Counted from the first letter of the stretch, positions 37,969 through 47,907 are shown. The stretch: DNA of 61,883 bases from Candidatus Woesearchaeota archaeon (GCA_046546105.1 JBKGYN010000004.1:1-61883), one strand, 5' to 3'. The notes: generated by a model from the sequence alone, not told the origin. Made by a program: numbers and translations.

Positions 37969-38295
37969 TTGATGTTTTCATGGAGAATTACAGCAAAAGG
38001 TGTGGAACACATAGTATTGGTGTTGATGGGATTATTTCTTGTATCAGCGATCTTGATTCCTGTCTACAGTGCGAGTATAGGAATGCCGCTTTATCTGACA
38101 GCGATCATGGAACTGTTGATTCTTATTATCGTAGCGCTATTCGGTATGCTCTATCTTTTGAGCAAGGTTTGGGAAATACAAGTCTATGGTGTGGAAGAAC
38201 ATTACAAGACCGGATTTTTCCGAAAGCATGACCGGGAAAAAACCAAACCGAAAAAACCGAGCAAGAAAAAATCAACAAAACGTTCAAAGAAATGA
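37969..38295 (+). CDS. 2-TM membrane protein with Lys-rich tail
   Basis: Hydrophobic pair then KTKPKKPSKKKSTKRSKK. Confidence 0.6.
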   Translation: MMFSWRITAKGVEHIVLVLMGLFLVSAILIPVYSASIGMPLYLTAIMELLILIIVALFGMLYLLSKVWEIQVYGVEEHYKTGFFRKHDREKTKPKKPSKKKSTKRSKK

Positions 38296-38324
38296 TAATC
38301 GATTTCAATGAAAGGTGTGTGTGA

Positions 38325-38921
38325 ATGAGACTGCATATTTCCAAGAAAGGTGTTATGGGCGTAGGAATGATATTCATATTCATAGCCACCGTTCTTGCAT
38401 CGGCAATCGCTGCCGCAGTCCTTATCACATCAACGGAATCAATCCAAGAGAAAGCCTATTCTGTCCAGGAATCAGCAACTGAACGTCTTCTCACTGGATT
38501 CGAGATCATCTCGGTCTATGGTTCAGGAGATATGGTTAATGAGACGCTGAACGAGTTCGAGATAATCCTGCGACTGCGTTCAGGTTCGAGCCCTATCAAT
38601 TTCGATAAGACAGGTTTCAGTTTCATAGCAGGCAATCTATCATTATCAGGGGAATATAACAAATCCCTCGGTAACGATAACTGTTCATACAGTAATCTGC
38701 CTGCAGAAACTGATTTCTGTGTCGATCAGCATTTCGGTACGAAACCCGATATTATGAGAGGCGGTGATATGGCTTCAGTCAGATACAAGCTTGAAGATGA
38801 TCATGCGCTTGGAACAGAGACTGACTTCATCATCACGATGCAAACGCCGAAAGGACGTTCACAGGTGACTGAACTGACAGTTCCTGATATGATTCTTGCA
38901 AGCAAGGTCAAATTACGATAA
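38325..38921 (+). CDS. flaB: Divergent archaellin-like protein
   Basis: KKG/VMGVGMIFIFIATVLASAIAAAVLI; LRLRSGSSPINF. Confidence 0.85.
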   Translation: MRLHISKKGVMGVGMIFIFIATVLASAIAAAVLITSTESIQEKAYSVQESATERLLTGFEIISVYGSGDMVNETLNEFEIILRLRSGSSPINFDKTGFSFIAGNLSLSGEYNKSLGNDNCSYSNLPAETDFCVDQHFGTKPDIMRGGDMASVRYKLEDDHALGTETDFIITMQTPKGRSQVTELTVPDMILASKVKLR

Positions 38922-38992
38922 GATTTCGCATGTTCGGTTTATTTTTTCATATCGTCTGGTTAAAGAGTTTACATAATGGGGGTTGAAGTGCT

Positions 38993-40330
38993 GTGAGTAT
39001 TGTCGAAAAGCTATTGAAGAAATTTGGTTCTAACCATAAAGACAATGATTCTACGCAAGGCTCTTCAGAAACTGGTGATCGGACAGAACAAGGAACTGGA
39101 GAAGAGAAAGGATTCTCCTCACGAGAAGAACAACTATTCTCGCAACTTCTTGAAAAACTCAACGCAATCACTGTAAAAACCAATGAACGACTGGATGAAT
39201 TCGAGAAGACAATCAAGCAAGCTGAAGAACGGGTCCAGGATGTCGAGCAGAAAGTCTCAAAACACGACATCTCCGGCGTTCAGGAAGAACTCGAGAAGGT
39301 CAAATCATCACTCACTCATTTCACGCTCATCTATGAGCTTATCAGCGAGAATTATAATCCTTTTATCAAACACACTGTGAATTCAATAGCACAAACCAAT
39401 CCCCAGCTTGATAAGAAAATAAAAACATCGATATCGAGCACGGTCAAAGAGCATCTCTCCAACGCTTCTCCGAAGCGACTCAAGGAAATCAGAAAGAAAC
39501 TTTTCCCTGGTGAGGAAGAAGAAGTCCAATCACAGCAATCAACTGAACAATCATCACTAGACATGACATCTGGGTTGTCACGAGGAACGGACGAGCAATT
39601 CGAACCACAGCCTCTCCCATCCAAAGCTCAGGCAAAAAAAGCGACAACGAGACAGAAAAAAGCAACCACTAAGAAACATGCCGTAAAAAAAGCATCTTCG
39701 AAACAATCTGTGAAAACCGCTTCGCGTACAAAACCGAAATCAAATCCGAAGAAAACGACAATTAAGAAGGCGAGCGCAAAGAAAACAAGCAAGAAGAAAA
39801 CGGCAAAGAAAACAGCAAAGAAACGAACGTCAGGCAGGTCATCGAAAACAAGTAACACGACTGCTTCAACTAAATCATCCTCTTCAAAGGATTCGAACCC
39901 GAAACGAAGAGGTCCGAGACGCCCATCTAAATCATCTAGATCTTCTGCAAGTAAGCGAACGAACAAGAAAGCAAGCGCTAAGAAGTCAACAAATAATCGA
40001 ACAACCAAGAAACAAGCTGCAAAGAAAACGGCCAAGAAAAAAACTGCCAAAAAGACTTCTGCACGAAAGACAACCAGCAAGAAATCAACGAAACAAAACA
40101 CTGCAGCAAACAGAAAAAAAAAATCTCCTGCCAGTAAGCGACAAGGATCAGGACGATCTCAAACGAAGAAAAAATCCGCTGCCAAAAAACAAACGACCAA
40201 GAAAAAGACCGGAAAAAAGTCCGTCAAGAAATCTTCCCAGAGACAACCTGCTAAAAAACCTGTCAAGAAAAAGGTCGCCAAGAAATATACAACCCGGAAA
40301 AAAGCTGCTCAAAGAACAAGAAAACGCTAA
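38993..40330 (+). CDS. ArlC-like coiled-coil protein fused to a histone-H1-like Lys-rich tail
   Basis: Heptad region ending IYELISENYNPF (ArlC/D-type motif); C-terminal about 240 aa rich in K/S/T/A/R. Confidence 0.7.
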   Translation: MSIVEKLLKKFGSNHKDNDSTQGSSETGDRTEQGTGEEKGFSSREEQLFSQLLEKLNAITVKTNERLDEFEKTIKQAEERVQDVEQKVSKHDISGVQEELEKVKSSLTHFTLIYELISENYNPFIKHTVNSIAQTNPQLDKKIKTSISSTVKEHLSNASPKRLKEIRKKLFPGEEEEVQSQQSTEQSSLDMTSGLSRGTDEQFEPQPLPSKAQAKKATTRQKKATTKKHAVKKASSKQSVKTASRTKPKSNPKKTTIKKASAKKTSKKKTAKKTAKKRTSGRSSKTSNTTASTKSSSSKDSNPKRRGPRRPSKSSRSSASKRTNKKASAKKSTNNRTTKKQAAKKTAKKKTAKKTSARKTTSKKSTKQNTAANRKKKSPASKRQGSGRSQTKKKSAAKKQTTKKKTGKKSVKKSSQRQPAKKPVKKKVAKKYTTRKKAAQRTRKR

Positions 40331-40334
40331 GTTC

Positions 40335-40877
40335 TCACAATCGTTTTTTGGTCGCTTTTTCAGAAACAATAGCGGAATTCCCCGTCGGGTCTTCAATGAT
40401 GAGTTTCAATGAAGCATCCCCTTTCATCACTTTTTCCAGCTTCCCGATGTGTTTTGCGATTCGATCACTCTGCTTTCTCGTCAGCTCGCTCTTGGCCGCA
40501 AACTGTAAAGTATCATGTAATCGCACAAGCACGCCCTCGACATTACTGATATACCCTTCTGAGACGGAACCGCTTTCCAACTCGATCATGCCGGGGATTC
40601 TCACCTTGCTTGCCGAGCTCTTGATAATCCTTATGTTCATATCATCAAGACCGTTTACCTCGATGGAATAGCTGGAGGGTTCTTTCTCCTCAAGTATCAT
40701 GACGTCATTTTTCTTATACAAGCAGGAGTTGCACTTCATGACAAAAAACATCGACTTGCCAAACTCAGGAATCTCGTAAAGAAGCTGGATAGTGTCAAAA
40801 CTGTTTCTTGCACAGACGGGGCATTTCTGATCCTTCAAGATGAAAGAGGGCTTGAGGAATCCTTTGGCATTTTCCAT
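40335..40877 (-). CDS. ZPR1 zinc-finger domain protein
   Basis: CPVC...EIPEFG...CNSC, SNVEGVL, LIIEDPTGNS. Confidence 0.92.
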   Translation of the reverse strand: MENAKGFLKPSFILKDQKCPVCARNSFDTIQLLYEIPEFGKSMFFVMKCNSCLYKKNDVMILEEKEPSSYSIEVNGLDDMNIRIIKSSASKVRIPGMIELESGSVSEGYISNVEGVLVRLHDTLQFAAKSELTRKQSDRIAKHIGKLEKVMKGDASLKLIIEDPTGNSAIVSEKATKKRL

Positions 40878-40987
40878 AATTTGCTTGATGAGTCAAGAAG
40901 GTATATAAACACCTGTATTTACATTGCTTTGACGAGAATCCTTTTCAATACATACTTTTTTCAATCAGAAGTACTTTTTTCAATATC

Positions 40988-41281
40988 ATGGAATTCAATC
41001 TTAAACGACTGCTTTACATAGAGTTGGCAATCCTTCTTGTCTATTGCATAGGGATTGCGATATTCGGTCTTTTCTTGGCTCTCGGTAAATTCTATGGATT
41101 GTTTTTCTCACTATTCACTCTCTATTTCTCGATACTCGTATTTTTCGTTAACGGGTTACTGGCTATATATCATATGGTGAAAAAGAGATCGTCACTGGCG
41201 AAACTCTACATCTTTGTCGGAATTTTAACGACACTGGTTGGACTGTTCATCTCTTTCACGATCCCGAGATTTTTTCTCTGA
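40988..41281 (+). CDS. 3-TM membrane protein (paralog of 28930-29247)
   Basis: LALGKFYGLFFSLFTLY. Confidence 0.7.
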   Translation: MEFNLKRLLYIELAILLVYCIGIAIFGLFLALGKFYGLFFSLFTLYFSILVFFVNGLLAIYHMVKKRSSLAKLYIFVGILTTLVGLFISFTIPRFFL

Positions 41282-41382
41282 TATCTTATCACTCTATTTT
41301 ACTACATGTGCTGGATACGTAGGAAGTCTGCTCTTTTCCGATACCAAAGATTTTTATGTATAACTTCTTCTCATTGATGCAT

Positions 41383-41706
41383 ATGGCGAGAGGAAGACCA
41401 CGATACAGCCTTGTCCGGGAACGACTCAAGCAACTACTCTACTTGCTCGGACCGACAACTGCATATGATGCCCACAAGCATTATAGGGAATTGTTCGCGA
41501 AAACGACCCGCAGAAATATATATTACCAATTATCGAAAGGGGTTGATACAGGGGTCTTTCAGATAGATAAGGTTGAAGAGGAACAAGGAGATTACTCATG
41601 GGGCTCATCCTCGCGAAAAGTATATTACCGCCTGGCACCAAAAACCACGGTGACTATCGAGGATAGGGTAAAGGAATACACTGATAAACTGAATAACAAC
41701 CGGTGA
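41383..41706 (+). CDS. Winged-helix-like DNA-binding protein
   Basis: HTH-like spacing (TTAYDAHKHY...RRNIYYQL) and wing RKVYYRL. Confidence 0.55.
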   Translation: MARGRPRYSLVRERLKQLLYLLGPTTAYDAHKHYRELFAKTTRRNIYYQLSKGVDTGVFQIDKVEEEQGDYSWGSSSRKVYYRLAPKTTVTIEDRVKEYTDKLNNNR

Positions 41707-41710
41707 GTGT

Positions 41711-42898
41711 GTGAAAACTATGAAGCTGAAACGAATGCAACAATTGGCGCTCAAGAACAAACGCATATTCCTGAGGGTGGATTTCAACGTACCGCTTGAT
41801 GACAAGAGAAATATCACAAGCGACTACCGTATCAGAAACGCTCTGGAAACGATTAACTATCTCTTATCAAGAAAGCCGAAGCAACTCATCATCGCATCGC
41901 ATCTGGGACGACCGCACGGAAAACCCGATCGTGACCTATCAATGGCGCCTGTTGCTGAACGGCTAAAGCACTATCTCAAAAAAGAGGTCTACTTGCACAA
42001 GGACTTCGCTGAAAAAGTATCTGAAGAACACCGGATAGTGCTACTCGAGAACCTGCGCTTCGATCCCGGCGAGAAGAAAGGGAGCATCATGTTCGCACGT
42101 AAACTGGCGCTGAATGCAGATGTCTATGTCAACGACGCGTTCGGAACAGCACACCGCAAGGACGCTTCAGTATACAAGTTGCCGCAATTATTACCTCATG
42201 GTGCGGGAAACCTTATTGAACGGGAAATTCAAGAAGTCCATCTCAATCACAAGCGACCGCTTATAGCGTTGTTTGGAGCAGCAAAGATTTCGGATAAGCT
42301 GCCTGTTTTCAAGAAACTGCTCAAACAAGTGGATAAGCTCATGCTCGGCGGTGGCGTTGTATTCACGTTCATGAAAGCAGGAGGTCTTCAAGTCGGGAAA
42401 TCGCTTGTAGAAGAAGAGATGGTGGAGACTGCAAGGCAACTGATGGAGCGCTACGGGGACAAGATAGTCTTTCCCGTCGATGTCATGGTGACTGGTCAGA
42501 GCAATCTCAAGAAATTCACTTCGATGACAGTGCCTGAACGCAAGAAAATGATAGATATCGTGGCGGTGGAAAAAATACCTGCACAACGAGCGGCATTCGA
42601 TATAGGGCCGAAATCAGTGAAGCTATTCTCAAACATCATACGGGAATCGAAAACAGTTATCTGGAACGGGCCTCCGGGACTTTATGAAGTCAAACCGTTT
42701 GATACCAGTACTCGAAAACTGGCAAAAACATTGGCAGAAGAAGATGTAACGACAATAGTGTGTGGCGGTGACACGGCAGCAGCTCTCAGACAGACTCCTT
42801 ATAAGAAAAATATGGATCATATCTCCACTGGAGGAGGAGCAAGCCTTGAACTACTAGCTGGAAACAAGCTCCCCGCGCTACAGATGCTCAAGAAATGA
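41711..42898 (+). CDS. pgk: Phosphoglycerate kinase
   Basis: RVDFNVP, SHLGRP, LENLRF, NDAFGTAHR, STGGGASL. Confidence 0.97.
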   Translation: MKTMKLKRMQQLALKNKRIFLRVDFNVPLDDKRNITSDYRIRNALETINYLLSRKPKQLIIASHLGRPHGKPDRDLSMAPVAERLKHYLKKEVYLHKDFAEKVSEEHRIVLLENLRFDPGEKKGSIMFARKLALNADVYVNDAFGTAHRKDASVYKLPQLLPHGAGNLIEREIQEVHLNHKRPLIALFGAAKISDKLPVFKKLLKQVDKLMLGGGVVFTFMKAGGLQVGKSLVEEEMVETARQLMERYGDKIVFPVDVMVTGQSNLKKFTSMTVPERKKMIDIVAVEKIPAQRAAFDIGPKSVKLFSNIIRESKTVIWNGPPGLYEVKPFDTSTRKLAKTLAEEDVTTIVCGGDTAAALRQTPYKKNMDHISTGGGASLELLAGNKLPALQMLKK

Positions 42899-42910
42899 GT
42901 CTCGCAATCT

Positions 42911-43381
42911 CTATTTTTTCCATTCTCTACGAAGGCGCTGGCCGATATCGGTAATATTCGTATACGTGAGCACGCCCTTTTTCTTATCCGCCTTTGCAAG
43001 ACCAAGCACTTCCTCATCTTCATCGAGGACAAGAACAAGACCTGTCGCATCAGTGCTTTGAGGCAAGATGTTCTTTTCAAACACATCACGTCCGCATACG
43101 AAAAGCCATGAGGCCTTGCTGTTCAACACAACCTTGCGATTGGTGATTGGGGCAATACGCTCAAGAAGAGCTGTTCCTGCACGAAAGATTCCGTCCTTTT
43201 CCCGACCAAGGAATAAACCCTGATTCGATGGCCTTTCACGGACTCTTGCGACCAAGTCGCGGATTCGCTCAGGCACTTCAAAATACGCTCCTTGCTCCTT
43301 GATCACCATATCAGGTTCGAAAGGGATCTGACTTGTGAATCGCTCTATAAATGAGTGCAACTTGTCATCCATGATCATCAT
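42911..43381 (-). CDS. NIP7-like PUA-domain ribosome biogenesis protein
   Basis: GLFLG, KASWLFVCGRD, NITDIGQRLRRE. Confidence 0.75.
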   Translation of the reverse strand: MMIMDDKLHSFIERFTSQIPFEPDMVIKEQGAYFEVPERIRDLVARVRERPSNQGLFLGREKDGIFRAGTALLERIAPITNRKVVLNSKASWLFVCGRDVFEKNILPQSTDATGLVLVLDEDEEVLGLAKADKKKGVLTYTNITDIGQRLRREWKK

Positions 43382-43411
43382 AGGAGGAGACCAACTTTTT
43401 TATACTTTTAG

Positions 43412-43774
43412 ATGTTTCCTGACACTATCATGACTGGAGTAGTGCGCAAGAAAAGCAAGAGACGATTGCCTGTCGCAAAAAAAAGACAGCACGAGATTGC
43501 AAAAGAACACATTTCAAGCCTGTTCAAAGAACAACGGAAACGGCTCTATAGCGATAAGAGACTTGCCCAGCGCTACACGAACCATATACGGCGCATAGGG
43601 ATGAAATTTCGGCTGAAACTCCCTCGAGAAGTCAAAAGATCATATTGCAAGCATTGCAAGACGGTTTTTATTCCTGGAAAGAATTGTCGTGTCCGACTCC
43701 GCCGAAAAAAGCTTATCTACCATTGTTTCGAGTGTAAGAAGCATACTCGTCTTCCTTATTGGAAACGATCTTGA
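43412..43774 (+). CDS. rnp4: RNase P protein component 4 (Rpp21)
   Basis: RLKLPREVKRSYCKHC...IPG...HCFEC. Confidence 0.9.
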   Translation: MFPDTIMTGVVRKKSKRRLPVAKKRQHEIAKEHISSLFKEQRKRLYSDKRLAQRYTNHIRRIGMKFRLKLPREVKRSYCKHCKTVFIPGKNCRVRLRRKKLIYHCFECKKHTRLPYWKRS

Positions 43775-44137
43775 TCTCTTCGCCTGTTCAGTGATCGAAA
43801 GAACGAATGTCTCTCGATCCCATATCGTGACTTCTTATGTCTTTTCTCATCCGTATTGTGAAAACATGTGATGCATTAGATTTATATTCTTTAACATATT
43901 TGACCCATACCCCAAATAATCATTTGTAAGTCACTATAGGGTAATAACATTTCGAAAAGTTTAAATATATGTAGTTACTGTACAGTTACATAGCAGAGCG
44001 GGTCTGTGTATCTTCAAAGGAAGAATGGCTGTTTCGGACTTGTTGTTGAAGACAGGTAAGGTTGATGATCAGCACCGGGGGATGCGCGCAAGAACGCTCT
44101 GATCAAAATAAACAAGACACAAGCGGGGTGAGGTCTC

Positions 44138-44437
44138 ATGGATTTTTATGATGAAGACGAGAGTATGGATGATGCTTATGATCCAGACCTCTTTGAAGAG
44201 TTCGGAGAAGGTTTCGAAGACGATTTCGACGCAGTGAGCGAAAAATCCTACGAAGAAGCATTCGATCGCGCTAAAGCCGAAGAAGAAGGAAAATCCTGTG
44301 CGATTGACGAGAAAGGGGATGAGTACGAATATGATTCTGTTGTCGGCGGACGTGATAAGAAGCCTGTCATGAGCATCTTGAACAAAGGAAAACTCTCTAA
44401 ATACGAGATGGACGACCTACTCAACTCAATCGAATGA
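44138..44437 (+). CDS. Very acidic small protein
   Basis: GGTGAGG RBS; roughly one third of residues are D/E. Confidence 0.65.
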   Translation: MDFYDEDESMDDAYDPDLFEEFGEGFEDDFDAVSEKSYEEAFDRAKAEEEGKSCAIDEKGDEYEYDSVVGGRDKKPVMSILNKGKLSKYEMDDLLNSIE

Positions 44438-44506
44438 TGGTCGTTTCTCTGTCCTTTTTTCAAAGAGACGTATCTTTTTTAAATAATTCTGGATTACCTG
44501 CACAAT

Positions 44507-45109
44507 ATGGCTGGAGAACTTTCCCGGGGAGCAGAAGCGATCATCACACAAGACAAAGGCTACGTGTACAAGACACGCACACGGAAATCGTACCGCCTTG
44601 AAGAATTGGATGATAAGCTGCGCAAGAGCCGTACAAAACGAGAGCAGAAAGTAATAGCGAAGGCTAAAAAGCTCGGCATACCAGTGCCGGAACTCTACGA
44701 ACATGATGACAGGACAGTCATCAAGATGAGCTATGTGGATGGACAGCGCTTACGGGATGAACTTCTTAACAATCCAGAAAACAAGCACCATCTTAAGATT
44801 GTCGGTTCCTATGTGGCTAAGTTGCACGAGCATAATATCATTCACGGCGATTTGACGACATCAAATATCATCCACACTCCTGTTGATGAACTGGTGCTTA
44901 TAGATTTCGGTCTCTCCTTTTTCTCTCAGAAGATAGAAGATAAGGCAGTCGACATCCATCTGCTCAAACAAGCGCTGGAGAGCACACACTACAAGCATAC
45001 CGAAGAGTTCTACAGAGAATTCCTTGATGGGTATAGGCATTACGAAGATGCTTCTGAAGTGCTTGAACGACTCAAGGAAGTTGAAGCGAGAGGACGGAAC
45101 AAACACTGA
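44507..45109 (+). CDS. bud32: KEOPS complex kinase Bud32
   Basis: GAEA, IIHGDLTTSN, LIDFGL, VEARGR. Confidence 0.95.
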   Translation: MAGELSRGAEAIITQDKGYVYKTRTRKSYRLEELDDKLRKSRTKREQKVIAKAKKLGIPVPELYEHDDRTVIKMSYVDGQRLRDELLNNPENKHHLKIVGSYVAKLHEHNIIHGDLTTSNIIHTPVDELVLIDFGLSFFSQKIEDKAVDIHLLKQALESTHYKHTEEFYREFLDGYRHYEDASEVLERLKEVEARGRNKH

Positions 45110-45171
45110 AAAGACATGTTTTTTCCCGTAGTTTTTTATATGATGGTGTCTTCCGATCCACACTGATATTC

Positions 45172-47076
45172 ATGGTCAAGACGAATCGATACTTACTTAT
45201 CCTCACGTTAGCATTCTTATTCACCCTGTTACTCTCGACAGGGTCGTCAGCAGTCCATACCGATGAACCGAAAGAGATAACACTGCTTTCGATGAAGCCG
45301 CTTTCCAACGGTTCATATCAAGGCGGTACTGCAACTATGACCTTGGATGTCAGGAAAGGCAGTGGGGCTGTTTATATCCAATCATTCCCAACATCAAAAG
45401 TAGATACGCAAACTGCCACCCGGATCGCTAATGAGGTTGCTTGTGATCTGTCAGATGTCGATTGTGACAGTTATGATTTCTTCTACACGATAGAAGCAGG
45501 ATCATCACTTATCGGCGGACCAAGCGCAGGAGCGGCTACTGCTCTGCTCACGCTTTCAGCACTTGAAGAGATGCCGCTTGACCAGAATATTGCAATGACC
45601 GGAGCCATCTCATCAGGAGGGGTGGTAACACCTGTTGCAGGAATCATTGAGAAGGCGAAAGCTGCTGAAAAGGCCGGTATAGAAACGGTTTATATTCCAC
45701 AATTATCAATCATGCAACCACTCATTTCAGAAATTTCTCCACCTGCTTTGAATGCAAGTATTCCTGGAAATGCTACAAACGCATCGATTTCCGGAAATGA
45801 AACTATCAACACGACAATCCATAACAAGACTTCAAAGGATGTGCGAGAAGAACTGGACGGGATCGATGTTGAAGTCGTTCCTGTCTTAAGAATTGAAGAG
45901 GCAATAGAACACGCTACTGACGGGCGTTATGAACATAAGATGCAGGCGCCTATAGACCCACCTGAAACATATCGGGAGCGTATGGAGGAAACAGCATCCA
46001 GTCTCTGCGCGAGGGCTGAAAAGCTCATGGGAGAAGTACCGCAAAGCCGTCAGAACACAACCCTGTACACACACGCACATAACTTCTACAACAATTCCCA
46101 AAAGGCAGCTGCTGATAGTGAATACTATTCACAAGCATCATATTGCTATACGACCAACCTGCGATTAAGAGAGCTTTCCTTGCAGAATGCCTCGCAAGAG
46201 CTCCTTCAGGAGAACTACGATCGTCTAATCCAAGCTCGTTCAGACTTTGAAACACAGATCGATAATCAGACGCTTGAGACATTTTCAGATCTTGAAACAT
46301 ATGTTATCGTCAAGGAAAGGCTTCTGGAAACAAAAAATTATCTTGATCGCATCAACCGATCAAACATATCCTCCTCTCTGCTCGCTTATTCAATCGAAAG
46401 GTATTACAGCGGTGTTGCCTGGAGCGGTTTTTTCGGTATGCAGGGTGAGAAACTGCAGCTTGATGATCGCTCGATGCAAGTGGCTGCAGTCAAAGAGCTC
46501 CATAATGTGGAAACGAGGATGAACTATCTCCGCACATTCATACCTGAGCCGCTGCTCCAGGATGTGGCTAATGAGCTGGAACAGGCGTATGACTATATGG
46601 GACAGAAAGAGTATGCGCTGACACTATTCAAAGCCTCAAAAGCAAAAGCTCAAGCAGACCTGTTCATGTCCACGATAAGTCTCAAGAAAGGCCTGGAAAG
46701 CACAGTGCTTGAAGTGAAAGTGAATCGGACAAGCGAGCTCATAAGCGAGCAGCAGGAGAAAGGACTGTTCCCGATACTGGGATACAGCTATATGGAATAC
46801 TCCAAACGACTCGTTGATGAAGATCCAGTGTCAGCACTGCTTTTTGCAGAATACGCACTGCAACTCAGCGATCTGGCAAGGTATTTCCCACAGGATGATT
46901 CAAGAATCCTCTGGAAAGTGTCTGAAGAATATCTCGTCAGTTTCATCAGCGGTTTTATAACAGCAATCCTTTTCATGTACCTGTCAAGTCTTATCGCCTC
47001 ACGAAAGAGAACGAGGCGTACAAGAAGATCAAGTTCTAAGAAAAAGACCGGAAAAAAACCTGTACGAAAGAACTAA
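45172..47076 (+). CDS. Secreted Lon-like (S16) serine protease without ATPase domain
   Basis: Signal peptide, IGGPSAG Ser, AMTGAISSGGVVTPVAGIIEKAKAA Lys, C-terminal TM. Confidence 0.88.
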   Translation: MVKTNRYLLILTLAFLFTLLLSTGSSAVHTDEPKEITLLSMKPLSNGSYQGGTATMTLDVRKGSGAVYIQSFPTSKVDTQTATRIANEVACDLSDVDCDSYDFFYTIEAGSSLIGGPSAGAATALLTLSALEEMPLDQNIAMTGAISSGGVVTPVAGIIEKAKAAEKAGIETVYIPQLSIMQPLISEISPPALNASIPGNATNASISGNETINTTIHNKTSKDVREELDGIDVEVVPVLRIEEAIEHATDGRYEHKMQAPIDPPETYRERMEETASSLCARAEKLMGEVPQSRQNTTLYTHAHNFYNNSQKAAADSEYYSQASYCYTTNLRLRELSLQNASQELLQENYDRLIQARSDFETQIDNQTLETFSDLETYVIVKERLLETKNYLDRINRSNISSSLLAYSIERYYSGVAWSGFFGMQGEKLQLDDRSMQVAAVKELHNVETRMNYLRTFIPEPLLQDVANELEQAYDYMGQKEYALTLFKASKAKAQADLFMSTISLKKGLESTVLEVKVNRTSELISEQQEKGLFPILGYSYMEYSKRLVDEDPVSALLFAEYALQLSDLARYFPQDDSRILWKVSEEYLVSFISGFITAILFMYLSSLIASRKRTRRTRRSSSKKKTGKKPVRKN

Positions 47077-47136
47077 TCTGGGATAGGAGCTTTTTTTCTT
47101 TATAATCCGCTAAAAGCATTGAAGAATCCTGATTTT

Positions 47137-47237
47137 AAAAAAACCCTGAGAAGACCACACCGAAGTGCGGTCCTCCCGGGAAAAAGAGGTGAGTGCTCAT
47201 GATAGTAAAGAATACTTTCCAAGCACCCCTATACCCA
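47137..47237 (-). ncRNA. Candidate small structured RNA or terminator-type element; ends approximate
   Basis: Minus-strand TATA at about 47262-70; two stems whose G-U pairs work only on the minus strand; cUUCGg loop; U7 tail. Confidence 0.45.
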
Positions 47238-47364
47238 CTACTCTAAAGAAGTGACTCACTACTATATAAATATTTCTTTACTGTATTCATTATATAGTGG
47301 TTTCTTTTTAAAATGCTCTTTGGATAGCGATACTCATAAAAAATACGCCCCATTAACAAATCGT

Positions 47365-47907
47365 ATGCCGGAGAATGCTAACTATCAGTCGGATGTTACA
47401 GGACAGGGTTATTCCAGAGAACAATTCTTGAAAATGGCAGAGAAACGCCTGAAAAAACATTTGCGCCAGACAGGAGAGTTGGACGTGAAAACAGCATATC
47501 GTCTCGAGGCAGAAGCGGAGGGTGATGCGAAGCTGCTTGAGACACTCTTGGCAAGAATCTTCGATGGAAGAATAGATGTCTCCAGGAAAACAGCTGCAAA
47601 AGATGGACGGGACATTCTCTATGCAAGGCCGCTTGAAACGCATGTGACAAAAAATCTCGGCTACTTTCTCGAAAATGGAGCTGTTGATGTTCTCAAGAAA
47701 CAAGATATCAATCCTCTCCGTATTTTCACAGTCCACGAATGCAAGGTGTTAGCTGACATACTGGGGATTGAAGAACCAGTCTCCCCACTATCGAACAGGA
47801 TAATCGAAGAGATGCATGAAAACTACTCGCAAACCAAACCAAGCCTTCTCAAAAGCATTGACGAGCTCAAGAAACAACTCAAGCAGGCGAAAGATTTCCG
47901 GCAATAG
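47365..47907 (+). CDS. Hypothetical protein
   Basis: ORF restarted at ATG 47365; upstream in-frame part is AT-rich promoter sequence. Confidence 0.6.
   Translation: MPENANYQSDVTGQGYSREQFLKMAEKRLKKHLRQTGELDVKTAYRLEAEAEGDAKLLETLLARIFDGRIDVSRKTAAKDGRDILYARPLETHVTKNLGYFLENGAVDVLKKQDINPLRIFTVHECKVLADILGIEEPVSPLSNRIIEEMHENYSQTKPSLLKSIDELKKQLKQAKDFRQ

Noticed and set aside
39628-40101. Hydrophobic Phe/Leu/Val-rich minus-strand ORF resembling a membrane protein
   Set aside because: It is the antisense shadow of the Lys-rich codons of 38993-40330.
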